Notes under the pieces: generated by a model
Told to the model about the DNA's origin: nothing
The model's database searches: none
Seen by the model: only the letters and a program-made list of their open reading frames with translations
Program-made: the position numbers and the translations under genes
Shown here: positions 28,936 to 38,093 of the stretch, piece by piece
How the letters are laid out: the number at the start of each line of letters is the position of its first letter
Numbering within the stretch: position 1 is the first letter of the stretch
Assembly (NCBI GenBank): GCA_039588275.1
Contig: JBDHAC010000045.1
Span: 1-45,959 of the forward strand
DNA from: Gemmatimonadota bacterium
Lineage (GTDB): Bacteria > Gemmatimonadota > Gemmatimonadetes > Palauibacterales > Palauibacteraceae
Reading direction: 5' to 3'
Length of the DNA: 45,959 nt

Positions 28936-29496
28936 TCAGCTCGGATTGTCCTGAAAGCTGACCTTCGGCGCCTCGCGCTCGCTCTCATCCTCCAGCGAGA
29001 AGAACTCGCGACCCGTGAAGCCGAACATCCCAGCAAGCAGGTTGGTGGGGAAGACCTCCGTCTTGGTGTTGTAATCCCGCACGACCGCGTTGTAGTAGCG
29101 ACGCGCGTTCTGCACGGCGCCTTCGATCTCGTTCAGTGTGCCCTGAAGCTCTGTAAAGCTCTCGACGGCGCGTAACTGTGGGTACGCCTCTGCAAGCGCG
29201 AACAATTGACGAAGCGCACCGGTCAGGACGTTCTCGGCCTCGGCTTGCGCCGCAGGCCCCTGCGCGCTCATCGCTCGGTTACGGGCCTCTACGACGCCCT
29301 CGAGCGTGTCGCGTTCGTGGCTCGCGTAGCCCTTGACGGTCTCGACGAGGTTGGGGATGAGGTCCCAACGTCGCTTGAGCTGGACATCGACATCCGCCCA
29401 CGCACTGTCTACTCGCACGCGCAGTCGGACCAGCGAGTTGTACATGCCGATCACGACGAACGCGATCACGGCTAGGATGATGAGCGTGATCCACAT
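28936..29496 (-). CDS. lemA: LemA family protein
   Basis: N-terminal TM, YNSLV, WADVDVQLKRRWDLIPNLVETVKGYASHE, AEAYPQL, ARRYYNAVVRDYN, FPTNLLA. Confidence 0.96.
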   Translation of the reverse strand: MWITLIILAVIAFVVIGMYNSLVRLRVRVDSAWADVDVQLKRRWDLIPNLVETVKGYASHERDTLEGVVEARNRAMSAQGPAAQAEAENVLTGALRQLFALAEAYPQLRAVESFTELQGTLNEIEGAVQNARRYYNAVVRDYNTKTEVFPTNLLAGMFGFTGREFFSLEDESEREAPKVSFQDNPS

Positions 29497-29645
29497 GGGC
29501 AGTGTGTCCTCTCAGGATGGGAACGGTCGACCGGTCAGACCGGGTGCCGGCGTGGCTGCCAACGGCAATATCGGCCGCGCCTCCCGACGTGTAAAGCAAT
29601 GACCTCGGACTGGTCAACGGGCGTCACGGATGGGAAAATACCAGC

Positions 29646-30416
29646 ATGCTGGTACAGGCTCGCCTGGACGGTCGGCTTCGCCTCTTCCGGCAGCACGATC
29701 ACGCGCTCCTGGCTGGCCAGCTCGCCATGAGCTGGGTCGGGTTCGAGCGCGAACCGAACCCGCTGCCGTTCGACCTGGTCTTGGCCACCGCGCTGCATGA
29801 CGCCTCGTGGCGGGAGTTGGACCGCCGTCCGGTCAGGGACGGCGAGATCGGACGCCCCCACACCTTCTACACACATCCATCAGAGTCGAGGCTCGTGGCG
29901 TACCGTCAGGGACTGGATCGACTCGAGGGCCTCTCGCGGCACTGCGCGCTGTTGGCCAGCATGCATTACACATCGTTCATGGATGCGGCGGAGGCCGCCG
30001 AGTTCATGCGGGCGGAGGCCGAGAGGCAGGAGCGGTTGGGCCGAGAGCTCGACTTCGGGGAAGAGGATGAAGATCGGCTGTCCAGCGAGCTCGCCTACCT
30101 GCGGCTATTCGACAATCTGTCGATCTTCCTCTGCCTGACGTTGCCGGGGAGCGATGACCGGCAACGGCCGGACTGGGTCGATGACCTGCGTCACCTGAAG
30201 TCTCCCGAGGGACCGCTGCTTCACCTCACCTGGCTGGGCGAGCATCTCGTGCACGTGGATCCGTTCCCGTTCCGGGATGCGGTTCCTCTCCACCTGCCAT
30301 ATCGAGAGCTCGCGCGGCAGGAGTTCGATACGCAGGACGAGCTAGATGAAGCCTGGGACGCGGCCCGCGAAGCGAGCTGGACCGCGTGGCTCAGACCGGC
30401 GCCCCGATTGGCGTAG
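29646..30416 (+). CDS. DUF3891-like protein
   Basis: QHDHALLAGQLA, ALHDASW..LD, LLASMHY, LRLFDNLSIFLC, VDPFPF resemble DUF3891 (recalled, not searched). Confidence 0.75.
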   Translation: MLVQARLDGRLRLFRQHDHALLAGQLAMSWVGFEREPNPLPFDLVLATALHDASWRELDRRPVRDGEIGRPHTFYTHPSESRLVAYRQGLDRLEGLSRHCALLASMHYTSFMDAAEAAEFMRAEAERQERLGRELDFGEEDEDRLSSELAYLRLFDNLSIFLCLTLPGSDDRQRPDWVDDLRHLKSPEGPLLHLTWLGEHLVHVDPFPFRDAVPLHLPYRELARQEFDTQDELDEAWDAAREASWTAWLRPAPRLA

Positions 30417-30447
30417 CCCGGTTCCGGCACCCACTGCCGAGGGCCTC

Positions 30448-31389
30448 TCAGCGACCTGCCCCGAACGCGGCTTCCACGGTCGCGCAGTGGATGGTGACTG
30501 TGTCTTCGGTGTGGACGGCGTAGCCGCCCGCCAGGCAGATGGCCACAGGGATGCCCCGCGAGGTGAGCTGCTGCAGCACGTACTCATCGCGGCGGCGCAG
30601 ACCCTCGATGGTCAACCCGAGCCCACCAAGCTGGTCGCTCCGGTACGGATCCGCGCCCGCCAGGTAATACGCCAGAGACGGGCGGGAAGCATCGAGGACG
30701 GCGGGGAGATGTTCGGCCAACAGCGTCAGGTATTCGTCGTCACCGGTCCCGTCGCGAAGCCCAATGTCCAGATCGCTCGGCGGCTTCGGAACGGGGTAGT
30801 TGTTGTCCTGGTGCATCGAGAGCGTGAAGACCGATGAGTCATCGCGGAATATCGCCGCGGTGCCGTTTCCGTGGTGGACGTCGAGGTCGATCACGGCGGC
30901 GGAGTCGATCTCGCCGGCTCGCTGAAGCGTGCGGACGGCGACCGCCACATCGTTCAACGGGCAGAATCCCTCCCCATGACCCGCGAAGGCGTGGTGATAT
31001 CCGCCCCCGAGGTGAACCGCCACGCTCCGCCCGAGCGCTAGCCTCGCGGCGAGTATCGCTCCGCCGCAACTGAGCCACGCGGCGTCACGCAGGGCGGGCG
31101 AGAACGGCAGCTCGAGCCGGATCTCATCCGGGAGGCTCAGGTTGCCGGAGCTCAGCTTCTCGACCCACCGACGCGTGTGGACGAGGGCGATCTCGTCGTC
31201 GGTGGCCGGATCGGGTCGGATGATGTCTTCCGCCGCGATCAGGCCGTCGTCGATGAGCCGGGTCTTGATCAGGCGGTACTTCGCGGTCGGGAAGACATGC
31301 AGCCCGATGTCGACCTCGTATGCCTCGTGAAAGATGACCGGAGGCACCAGCCGCGAGATCTCCCGCACAGCGCGCTTCGTCGGTCCCAT
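30448..31389 (-). CDS. Histone deacetylase family Zn-dependent amidohydrolase
   Basis: HVFPTAKY, GGYHHA, GEGFC, DLDVHHGNGT, SMH, AGADPY..DQLG, AGGY. Start ATG 31389 inferred. Confidence 0.93.
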   Translation of the reverse strand: MGPTKRAVREISRLVPPVIFHEAYEVDIGLHVFPTAKYRLIKTRLIDDGLIAAEDIIRPDPATDDEIALVHTRRWVEKLSSGNLSLPDEIRLELPFSPALRDAAWLSCGGAILAARLALGRSVAVHLGGGYHHAFAGHGEGFCPLNDVAVAVRTLQRAGEIDSAAVIDLDVHHGNGTAAIFRDDSSVFTLSMHQDNNYPVPKPPSDLDIGLRDGTGDDEYLTLLAEHLPAVLDASRPSLAYYLAGADPYRSDQLGGLGLTIEGLRRRDEYVLQQLTSRGIPVAICLAGGYAVHTEDTVTIHCATVEAAFGAGR

Positions 31390-31573
31390 ATCAATCGATC
31401 GTCGGTCATGGCTCGGTCCCGTGCAAGGAGTGATCGCGTCGTACCTAGCGGCCCGGGCTCGCGACCGCCCGTCCTGCAGGGTAGCGTTAGGTGTCGGAGC
31501 GTGGACATCTACTCGCTCGAGCAGGCCCGGAAGCTCCTGTTCGGGTGCCCGGTGATAGAAATGGAGCGACAGC

Positions 31574-32368
31574 ATGCAGGGGCCGATCTTCCAGCTTGAT
31601 GCGTTCACGGGAGAGCTGTTTCGAGGGAATCCCGCCGCCGTCTGTCCACTGGATCGATGGCTCGATGACGACCTTCTGGGTGCGATCGCGGCGGAGAACA
31701 ACCTCTCCGAGACCGCCTTTTTCATCCCGGATGGCGACGAGTACGGGCTTCGCTGGTTCACGCCGACCGCGGAGGTGGACCTATGTGGCCACGCGACCCT
31801 CGCCTCGGGGTGGGTCATCTTCCATCGGATCGCACCCGACCGGGCCAGCGTGAGGTTCCGCACGCGGGGCGGAGAACTGAACGTCGAGCGAGAAGAGGAG
31901 CTGTTGGCGATGGACTTTCCGGCGCGCCCCGCCGAGCCGAAGGACGCGCCGCGGGCGTTGGTCGAAGGGCTCGGGGTCAAGCCCGTGGAGGTGCTCGCCG
32001 CCGCGCGTGACTATCTGGTCGTCCTGGAGACCGAAGAGGAAGTCCGTAGGCTGAAGCCGGACTTCAACCGCCTGCGCACCCTCGACCGACTGGGGATCAT
32101 CGTCACCGCCGCCGGCACGGGGTGCGATTTCGTGTCGCGGTTCTTTGCCCCCGGGGTCGGCGTTCCCGAGGACCCGGTCACCGGTTCCGCGCATTGCACG
32201 CTGATTCCGTATTGGGCATCCCGCCTCGAGCGCGAAGACCCGGGCGCGCAGCTCCACGCGCGTCAGATATCGGCGCGAGGGGGGGAGCTCTTCTGCCAGG
32301 ACCTCGGAGAGCGGGTGAGGATCGCGGGGCGCGTGGTGCTCTATCTGGAGGGAACGATCCACGTGTGA
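31574..32368 (+). CDS. PhzF family epimerase/isomerase
   Basis: DAFT..GNPAAV, NLSETAF, RWFTPTAEVDLCGHATLA, SRFFAP..EDPVTGSAH, SARGG. Confidence 0.94.
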   Translation: MQGPIFQLDAFTGELFRGNPAAVCPLDRWLDDDLLGAIAAENNLSETAFFIPDGDEYGLRWFTPTAEVDLCGHATLASGWVIFHRIAPDRASVRFRTRGGELNVEREEELLAMDFPARPAEPKDAPRALVEGLGVKPVEVLAAARDYLVVLETEEEVRRLKPDFNRLRTLDRLGIIVTAAGTGCDFVSRFFAPGVGVPEDPVTGSAHCTLIPYWASRLEREDPGAQLHARQISARGGELFCQDLGERVRIAGRVVLYLEGTIHV

Positions 32369-32508
32369 CCCAGATCGGCTGTGTCGCGTCTTTCCCGTGA
32401 GAGGGCGTGACCGACCTCTCGGCAGAATGGGGAGGGCCCGGGCGGCGACCGACTACGGCGGCGTCTGAGCCTGCAAGACATAGCCAGAATAACGGATCGG
32501 AGGAGCCG

Positions 32509-33318
32509 ATGGGTACGCAACCGAGCGCCGGAGGAGCGTGGTCGCTTCGCCGCCTCGCATGGCTCTTTGCAGGGTTGGCGCTGGGATCGATGATTTGGAT
32601 GCCCGCCGACGGCGTCGCGCAGGATCGACGGCCTCGCCCTCGACCCATTGATGAGACGCACGGGCGGTACGATGGACACGATCACGAGTACCGTCGCGGG
32701 TCCCGCCTGCAACTGGGCGGGGGTTTCGCCTTCGTCGCTCCGCAGGGGGTTTTTGGGGACTTCGTCGACGACGGCTACGGATTCAACGTGCACTTCATCT
32801 ACGGCCTCGATCCATCGAATGTGGTGGGTCTGCGGTTCGACGCCGGGTGGGTCAGATACGGGTCGGAGCACGTCGGGTCGCCACTCTTCCCCGGGACGGG
32901 CCGCGTGCTGTTAGATGTGGGGACCCACAACAACATCGCCATGTTCAGCGTGGGACCCCAGCTCCAGGTGCCCGCGGGACCGTTACGTCCCTACGTGAAC
33001 GGGTTCGTCGGGATGGGCTACTTCTACACGGAGAGCTCGATTCACGACTCTTATTATCACGACAGCTTCGGTCGAACGACGAACTTCGACGATGTAAGCC
33101 TCGGGTACGGCGGCGGTGGTGGGCTGGCCCTGGTCCTCGGGCACGGACGCAACCCGCTGTCGGTGAACTTCGACGTGCAATATCGCAGGTACGACGACAC
33201 GGAGTACCTCGTGGAAGGCAGCATCTGGGATGACGGCTTCGGTGGCGTGGTCATCTCGCCGCTGTTGAGCGATGTGGAGATGGTCCACTTCACCGTGGGC
33301 GTGTCCGTCGGGCTCTGA
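32509..33318 (+). CDS. Putative outer-membrane beta-barrel protein
   Basis: GGAGGAG RBS, signal peptide ending near VAQ, Gly/aromatic-rich amphipathic strands (LRPYVNGFVGMGYF, LGYGGGGGL, VHFTVGVSVG). Confidence 0.65.
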   Translation: MGTQPSAGGAWSLRRLAWLFAGLALGSMIWMPADGVAQDRRPRPRPIDETHGRYDGHDHEYRRGSRLQLGGGFAFVAPQGVFGDFVDDGYGFNVHFIYGLDPSNVVGLRFDAGWVRYGSEHVGSPLFPGTGRVLLDVGTHNNIAMFSVGPQLQVPAGPLRPYVNGFVGMGYFYTESSIHDSYYHDSFGRTTNFDDVSLGYGGGGGLALVLGHGRNPLSVNFDVQYRRYDDTEYLVEGSIWDDGFGGVVISPLLSDVEMVHFTVGVSVGL

Positions 33319-33327
33319 GCTGAACAG

Positions 33328-33357
33328 GCGGCGGGTCACCCGAGGGCGGCCCGCCGC
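33328..33357. terminator. GC-rich hairpin between convergent genes, possible terminator
   Basis: GCGGCGGGTC...GGCCCGCCGC stem; no clear U-tract. Confidence 0.35.
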
Positions 33358-33372
33358 TCACCGCATCCGCGT

Positions 33373-33449
33373 TGGCGAATCAGGCCGCGTGGCGAATCAT
33401 GGCCGTGTGGCGAATCAGGGCCGTGTGGCGAATCAGGGCCGTGTGGCGA
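33373..33449. repeat. 18-bp tandem repeat, four copies plus a partial (TGGCGAATCAGGGCCGTG)
   Basis: Units start at 33373 (17 bp, degenerate), 33390 (1 mismatch), 33408, 33426, partial at 33444. Confidence 0.92.
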
Positions 33450-34638
33450 CCAGACGCACCACGCGCCCGTCCTGAGACAGGACGTACAGTTCACCCGCCG
33501 AGTCCTCCCCGAACGAAGTCACCGCTCCGAGACCCTGAGACGCCCAGGTGCGCGGATCGACGGCGATGCCCCCCTCCAACCGGAAGCTACGGAGGAAGCC
33601 CGCGCAGAAGTCCGAGTAGAAATAGTGACCCGCCACCTCCGGTATGCCCGAGCCGCGGTATACGTAGCCGCCCGTCACCGAGCACCCCTGCCCGTGATCG
33701 TACTCCGCTACCGGAAGCGTCAGTCCCGACGTGTCGCACGGATCGGTCAGAAAACAGGACGAGCCCTCCGTCACGTTCCACCCGTAGTTGAGACCTGCGG
33801 CCGTCCCAGGAGCGGCGTTGATCTCCTCCACGCGGCCCTGGCCGACATCGGCGATATACAACGTCCCGGTGCTCCGATCGAACGAGGCGCGCCATGGGTT
33901 GCGCAGTCCGAACGCCCAGATCTCCGGACGTGCTCCGGGCTGGCCTATGAACGGATTGTCGGCGGGGATCGCGTACGGATCCCCCCCATCTACGTCCAGC
34001 CGCAGGACGGCACCGAGCAGGGTCGAGAGGTCCTGTCCCGATGCGAGTGGATCGCCGGCTCCGCCGCCATCCCCCATGAATACGTACAGCATGCCGTCCG
34101 GCCCGAATTGCAGCTGACCGCCGTTGTGGTTCGAGAAGGGTTGCGTGACTTGCAGGAGCAGCCTTGCCGAAGCGGGGTCGGCCCGATCCGGGTCGGCGCC
34201 CGTCCTGTACCTCTCGACGCGCGTATTACCGTTCACGTCGGTATAGTTGACGTACAGAAAGCGGTTCGAGGCGTAGTCGGGATGGAAGGCCAGCGACAGT
34301 AGCCCTCGCTCCCCTCCGCTACGTACACGCCCCGTCAGATCCAGGAACGGGGTCGGGAGCAGCTGACCCGATGCCACGATCCGGACCCTGCCGGGTTGCT
34401 CGACGATGAACAGGCGGGGATCGGAGGCCGGTGAGGTCAGATAAACGGGCGAGGCGAGACCCTCCGCCACGGTTTCGGTCGTGAGCGAGAGGCCCGGTGG
34501 GGGCGGGGGGGGCGGGGGAAGGCTGCTGGGGGCGTCCGAACACCCGATCGTGCCGAGCGAGCTGGAGCTCACAGCGACGGCGCACCATACGCGGAGGGCC
34601 GCGCTCGAGGGCGCGGCCCGTTTGTCCATCCGTCTCAT
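33433..34638 (-). CDS. Glucose/sorbosone (PQQ-dependent sugar) dehydrogenase family protein, probable lipoprotein
   Basis: RLFIVEQPGRV, GERGLLSLAFHP, NHNGGQLQFGPDGMLY..GDGG, EIWAFGLRNPWR..FD, CSVTGGYVYRG, SFGED; TIGC lipobox-like motif followed by poly-Pro. Confidence 0.92.
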   Translation of the reverse strand: MRRMDKRAAPSSAALRVWCAVAVSSSSLGTIGCSDAPSSLPPPPPPPPGLSLTTETVAEGLASPVYLTSPASDPRLFIVEQPGRVRIVASGQLLPTPFLDLTGRVRSGGERGLLSLAFHPDYASNRFLYVNYTDVNGNTRVERYRTGADPDRADPASARLLLQVTQPFSNHNGGQLQFGPDGMLYVFMGDGGGAGDPLASGQDLSTLLGAVLRLDVDGGDPYAIPADNPFIGQPGARPEIWAFGLRNPWRASFDRSTGTLYIADVGQGRVEEINAAPGTAAGLNYGWNVTEGSSCFLTDPCDTSGLTLPVAEYDHGQGCSVTGGYVYRGSGIPEVAGHYFYSDFCAGFLRSFRLEGGIAVDPRTWASQGLGAVTSFGEDSAGELYVLSQDGRVVRLVATRP

Positions 34639-34697
34639 TCGCCGTGGAACCCCTCAGAATCGGCGGCGTTCCGCATCGGGCCGCCCACCGATCCTGC

Positions 34698-35927
34698 TCA
34701 GCCCGTCCCGTTCCGATATGCCTTTATGAGGATCTCGGCGACCTCGGCGCGAGTGAACTCCACGGGGGGGCGCTCCCCGCGTGACAGCATCTCACGCACC
34801 TTCGTGCCCGAGAGGAACAGGCGGTCCTCCGGCGGGGCTGGAGAGGTCTTGGCGGTCGCCATCTGTTCCGTTCGTCGGCACCAGAACGCGTGCTCGAACT
34901 TGAGCGGCTCGATGCCCAGGAGGTCCCGGTCCACGCGATCGAAGATCTCTTGCGCGTCGTAGGTCCCGTAGTAGTCGCCTACGCCGGCGTGATCGCGGCC
35001 CACGATGAAGTGCGTGCAGCCGTAGTTGCGCCGCATGATGGCGTGGAAGATGGCTTCCCTGGGACCGGCATAGCGCATGGCCGCCGGAAGGACGGAGAGC
35101 AGGACTCGATCCTGGGGGAAGTACCCGTCCATGAGCACCCGATAGCACTCCATCCGCACGTCAGCGGGGATGTCATCCGACTTCGTCTCACCGACGAGCG
35201 GGTGTATCAGCAGGCCCTCGACGATCTCGAGTGCGCACTTCTGCAGGTACTCGTGCGCCCGATGGATGGGGTTTCGGGTCTGGAACGCTACTACGCTTCT
35301 CCAGCCTGCCTCGTCAAAATGGCGGCGTGTCTGGGCCGGTGTCAGGTGATCGGCGGGGAAGCCCGAGATATCGCCTTCGTACAGATACCGAATCGGTCCC
35401 GCCACGTATTTGGGACCCATCGCGTGCACGGCCGCCACTCCAGGGTGCGCGGTGTCCTCGGTTCCATAGACCGACGCGGTCTCACGGGCGAGGTCGCGCG
35501 GGAAGATCTCTCGTACGTCCACGATCCCGGTGAGCTGACCATCCGGGGTGCGTAGCGCGACGGGGTCGCCGGGAGCGAATCCTCGCGCCTCCTCCTCCGT
35601 CGCGGGCAGGACCACGGGAATCGACCAGGGCAACCCGCTTGGGAGCATCATCTCCGAGATGACGGACTCGTATGCGGAGGAGTCCATGAATCCGTCGAGC
35701 GGCGACAATCCTCCGACTGAAACGAGATACAGGTCGCTCAGGATCCGGTGTGAGAGGCCAATGGTTGGCAACGAGGCTGCGACTTCACGGAGTTCCGCCG
35801 CCTGCGGCCCGTCGACTCGGCGGTCGATCAGCTGGCCACCGTATGGTGGGATCGGACCGGGCGCCGCAGCTGCGGAATCCCGGCCTTGGGCGTCGGCGCG
35901 GGAGGCGTCTGCCGTCGTCGTCTGCAT
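34698..35927 (-). CDS. sat: Sulfate adenylyltransferase
   Basis: SPLDGFM, AFQTRNPIHRAHE, MRYAGPREA, HFIVGRDHAGVG, SGTKVR. Confidence 0.97.
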   Translation of the reverse strand: MQTTTADASRADAQGRDSAAAAPGPIPPYGGQLIDRRVDGPQAAELREVAASLPTIGLSHRILSDLYLVSVGGLSPLDGFMDSSAYESVISEMMLPSGLPWSIPVVLPATEEEARGFAPGDPVALRTPDGQLTGIVDVREIFPRDLARETASVYGTEDTAHPGVAAVHAMGPKYVAGPIRYLYEGDISGFPADHLTPAQTRRHFDEAGWRSVVAFQTRNPIHRAHEYLQKCALEIVEGLLIHPLVGETKSDDIPADVRMECYRVLMDGYFPQDRVLLSVLPAAMRYAGPREAIFHAIMRRNYGCTHFIVGRDHAGVGDYYGTYDAQEIFDRVDRDLLGIEPLKFEHAFWCRRTEQMATAKTSPAPPEDRLFLSGTKVREMLSRGERPPVEFTRAEVAEILIKAYRNGTG

Positions 35928-35936
35928 GAGGGCCTC

Positions 35937-36596
35937 CTACCCGGAAATGGCGCGGAGCTGGCCCTCACGCCCGATGTACCCGTGGTCTCGCAGGTAGTCG
36001 ATTACCTGATCGGCGCAGGTCTTCACATCGTACAGATTCGTTTGTACGACCAGCTCGGGTGACTCGGGATCCTCGTACGGCGCGTCGATCCCAGTGAACT
36101 CCCGGATCTCTCCGGCGCGCGCGCGCTTGTACAGGCCCTTGGGGTCCCGAGCCTCACACACTTCCAACGGGCAGGACACGAAGACCTCCACGAAGTCGCT
36201 CTCCCGCGTCATGATCTCGCGGATTCGGCGACGGTCCTTTCGGTAGGGCGAGATGAAGGCGGTCACGACGACCGCGCCCGCTTCGGCGAACAGCTTCGCG
36301 ACTTCGCCGACGCGCCGGATGTTCTCCTCCCGGTCCTCCGGGGAGAAGCCGAGGTCACCGCACAAGCCGTGTCGGACGTTGTCACCATCCAGTACGTACG
36401 AGAAGTATTTTGCGGCGAAGAGTCGCCGCTCGACCTCGATCGCGAGCGTGCTCTTGCCGCTCGCGGACAGGCCCGTGAACCATAGAACCGCCCCCCGGTG
36501 GCCGCGGCGTTCCTCGCGAGCCGAACGCCCTACCTGGCTCTCTTGCCAGACGACGTTCTCCGATCGGCGCCTGGTCTTGTCCTTTTCCTGGTTCAA
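35937..36596 (-). CDS. cysC: Adenylyl-sulfate kinase
   Basis: [47 protein letters not shown]. Confidence 0.97.
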   Translation of the reverse strand: MNQEKDKTRRRSENVVWQESQVGRSAREERRGHRGAVLWFTGLSASGKSTLAIEVERRLFAAKYFSYVLDGDNVRHGLCGDLGFSPEDREENIRRVGEVAKLFAEAGAVVVTAFISPYRKDRRRIREIMTRESDFVEVFVSCPLEVCEARDPKGLYKRARAGEIREFTGIDAPYEDPESPELVVQTNLYDVKTCADQVIDYLRDHGYIGREGQLRAISG

Positions 36597-36692
36597 GCTC
36601 GCCTCTTCCTCTGTAGGTGTGTCGCCTCAGCCGGCCGACGCACGGCCAGGGGCCGACTCTCGCGTCCAGCACGCCGAGTGCGATCGTGCTCT

Positions 36693-37682
36693 TCAGGTCT
36701 CCTCGGCTTCGAACAGCGGACGGGCAACGTCCAGCACGATGCGCGCCGTCCGCCGCCATACCTCCGGGTGGGCCGCGAAGATCCCGCCGGGTTGCCGCGG
36801 ATCGGGCTTTCCGTACGACAACGGCCCGCCGGCGCAATCAGTCACGGTCCCGCCCGCCCCACGCAGCACCGCTTCTGGCGCACAGGTGTCCCACTCTTTC
36901 AAGAAGGGAACGGGGTGCACGTACAAATCCGCCTCGCTGCACGCGATTAGAGCACACTTTATGCCCACCGAGCCCGAGACCACCGTCTCGATCGCGCCCA
37001 GCGCGGATTCCAGCTCGCGAAGCCGTGCGTCGGGGTGCGAGCGCGATCGGACGAAGCGAAGCGTCTCGGCCCCGGGCGAGGGGTCGGCCAGCGAGACCCG
37101 CTCGCACGCGGGGTCCCGTTGTACGCCCGTCACGACCCACGCGGCTCGCTCCGCGATCCCCAGGTACAGGCGGTCGCGGGCGGGCTGATACACGGCTCCC
37201 AAGACCGCCGCTCCCGCCTCGGCCAGACCCACCATAATGCTGAACTCGCCGTTTCGGGCAATGAACTCCTTGGTGCCGTCCAGGGGGTCCACGATCCACA
37301 GGCGACCGGCGAGCCGTTCAGCCTCCGGTGCCGTCGACTCCTCGCTCAAGATTGCGTCCGCGGGGCGGGAGTCTCGTAGAAGGCGAAGGATGGCCGTGTT
37401 CGATGCGTGATCTGCGGCGGTTACCGGATCGTTCACCCCCTTATGCCGGACTTGCAGCTCCCCGCTTTCGTAGAACGTGCACGCGGCCCGACCACCGACG
37501 AATGCGGCCCTCGCGGCGATGCGAAGATCTTCGAGGAGGTCCGCGTCCGACGCCTCCGGGAACCGATCCACTCCCGGGAGCCGATCCGTAGCCAGCTGAA
37601 TGACGTCGGGGGCTCCAGATAGCCCGGCATCCACTCGCCTGGGGTGGTCTTCTTCGCTCAACTCGGCCTCTCCATGTCGCAA
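36693..37682 (-). CDS. cysQ: 3'(2'),5'-bisphosphate nucleotidase CysQ (inositol monophosphatase family); start uncertain
   Basis: PVTAAD, ILSEE, WIVDPLDGTKEFI, SRSH, GSVGIK, EWDTCA..AGG; upstream of cysC-sat. Confidence 0.88.
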   Translation of the reverse strand: MRHGEAELSEEDHPRRVDAGLSGAPDVIQLATDRLPGVDRFPEASDADLLEDLRIAARAAFVGGRAACTFYESGELQVRHKGVNDPVTAADHASNTAILRLLRDSRPADAILSEESTAPEAERLAGRLWIVDPLDGTKEFIARNGEFSIMVGLAEAGAAVLGAVYQPARDRLYLGIAERAAWVVTGVQRDPACERVSLADPSPGAETLRFVRSRSHPDARLRELESALGAIETVVSGSVGIKCALIACSEADLYVHPVPFLKEWDTCAPEAVLRGAGGTVTDCAGGPLSYGKPDPRQPGGIFAAHPEVWRRTARIVLDVARPLFEAEET

Positions 37683-38054
37683 TCCGAGACTCTTGCCCGC
37701 ATGCCTTGGCGGACTGGACCCGGGCGCTCACACGCCCGCCCGAAGGAGCATCTCGCACGCGCGAGTTTCGCCTTCGACCACGGGCTGAGACCCGTCAGTC
37801 TAACGATCACGGCCTCGTCTGCCAGCCTGCCTGTACACAACTGCAGAACTCATCCCGTCTTGCAGAGCTTGCACCGTCGAGCCTTCTCGTTCAGATTTCC
37901 CCTACAGCGCTTGCCACCAGCGAGGGTGCGGCGGACAGCCTTGGGAGCACGGTTGGGGCCACAGCTCCACCGTGGGCGTCACATGGGACGCAGCTACGCC
38001 GTTCTACAAGCAGGATCCCCCACGCCGCCTCTCGATCGGATTCGAGACATCCAC

Positions 38055-38093
38055 CGGAGGCCCGCTGCCGGATGCACGGGCCCTCCGTTTTTT
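38055..38093 (+). terminator. Intrinsic-terminator-like hairpin in the susC 5' region
   Basis: CGGAGG-CCCG..TGC/GCA..CGGG-CCTCCG bulged stem followed by T6, about 50 nt before the susC ATG. Confidence 0.6.

Noticed and set aside
27499..29175. Long antisense or alternate-frame ORFs (e.g. 558 aa here, 453 aa at 11885-13246, 414 aa at 7196-8440)
   Set aside because: They shadow well-supported genes and are expected from stop-codon scarcity in GC-rich DNA; no recognisable motifs.
31574..32368. Phenazine biosynthesis cluster
   Set aside because: A lone PhzF-family gene with no phzA/B/D/E/G; such orphans are common.
33373..33449. CRISPR array
   Set aside because: Units are contiguous 18-mers without unique spacers, and there are no cas genes in the window.
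34698..35927. Dissimilatory sulfate reduction or sulfur oxidation marker
   Set aside because: sat is paired with cysC and cysQ, not aprAB, qmo or dsr.
37984..37996. c-di-GMP-I-like TGGGACGCA in the susC leader
   Set aside because: No GGCAAAC, GNRA-capped stem or GCAAAGC context.
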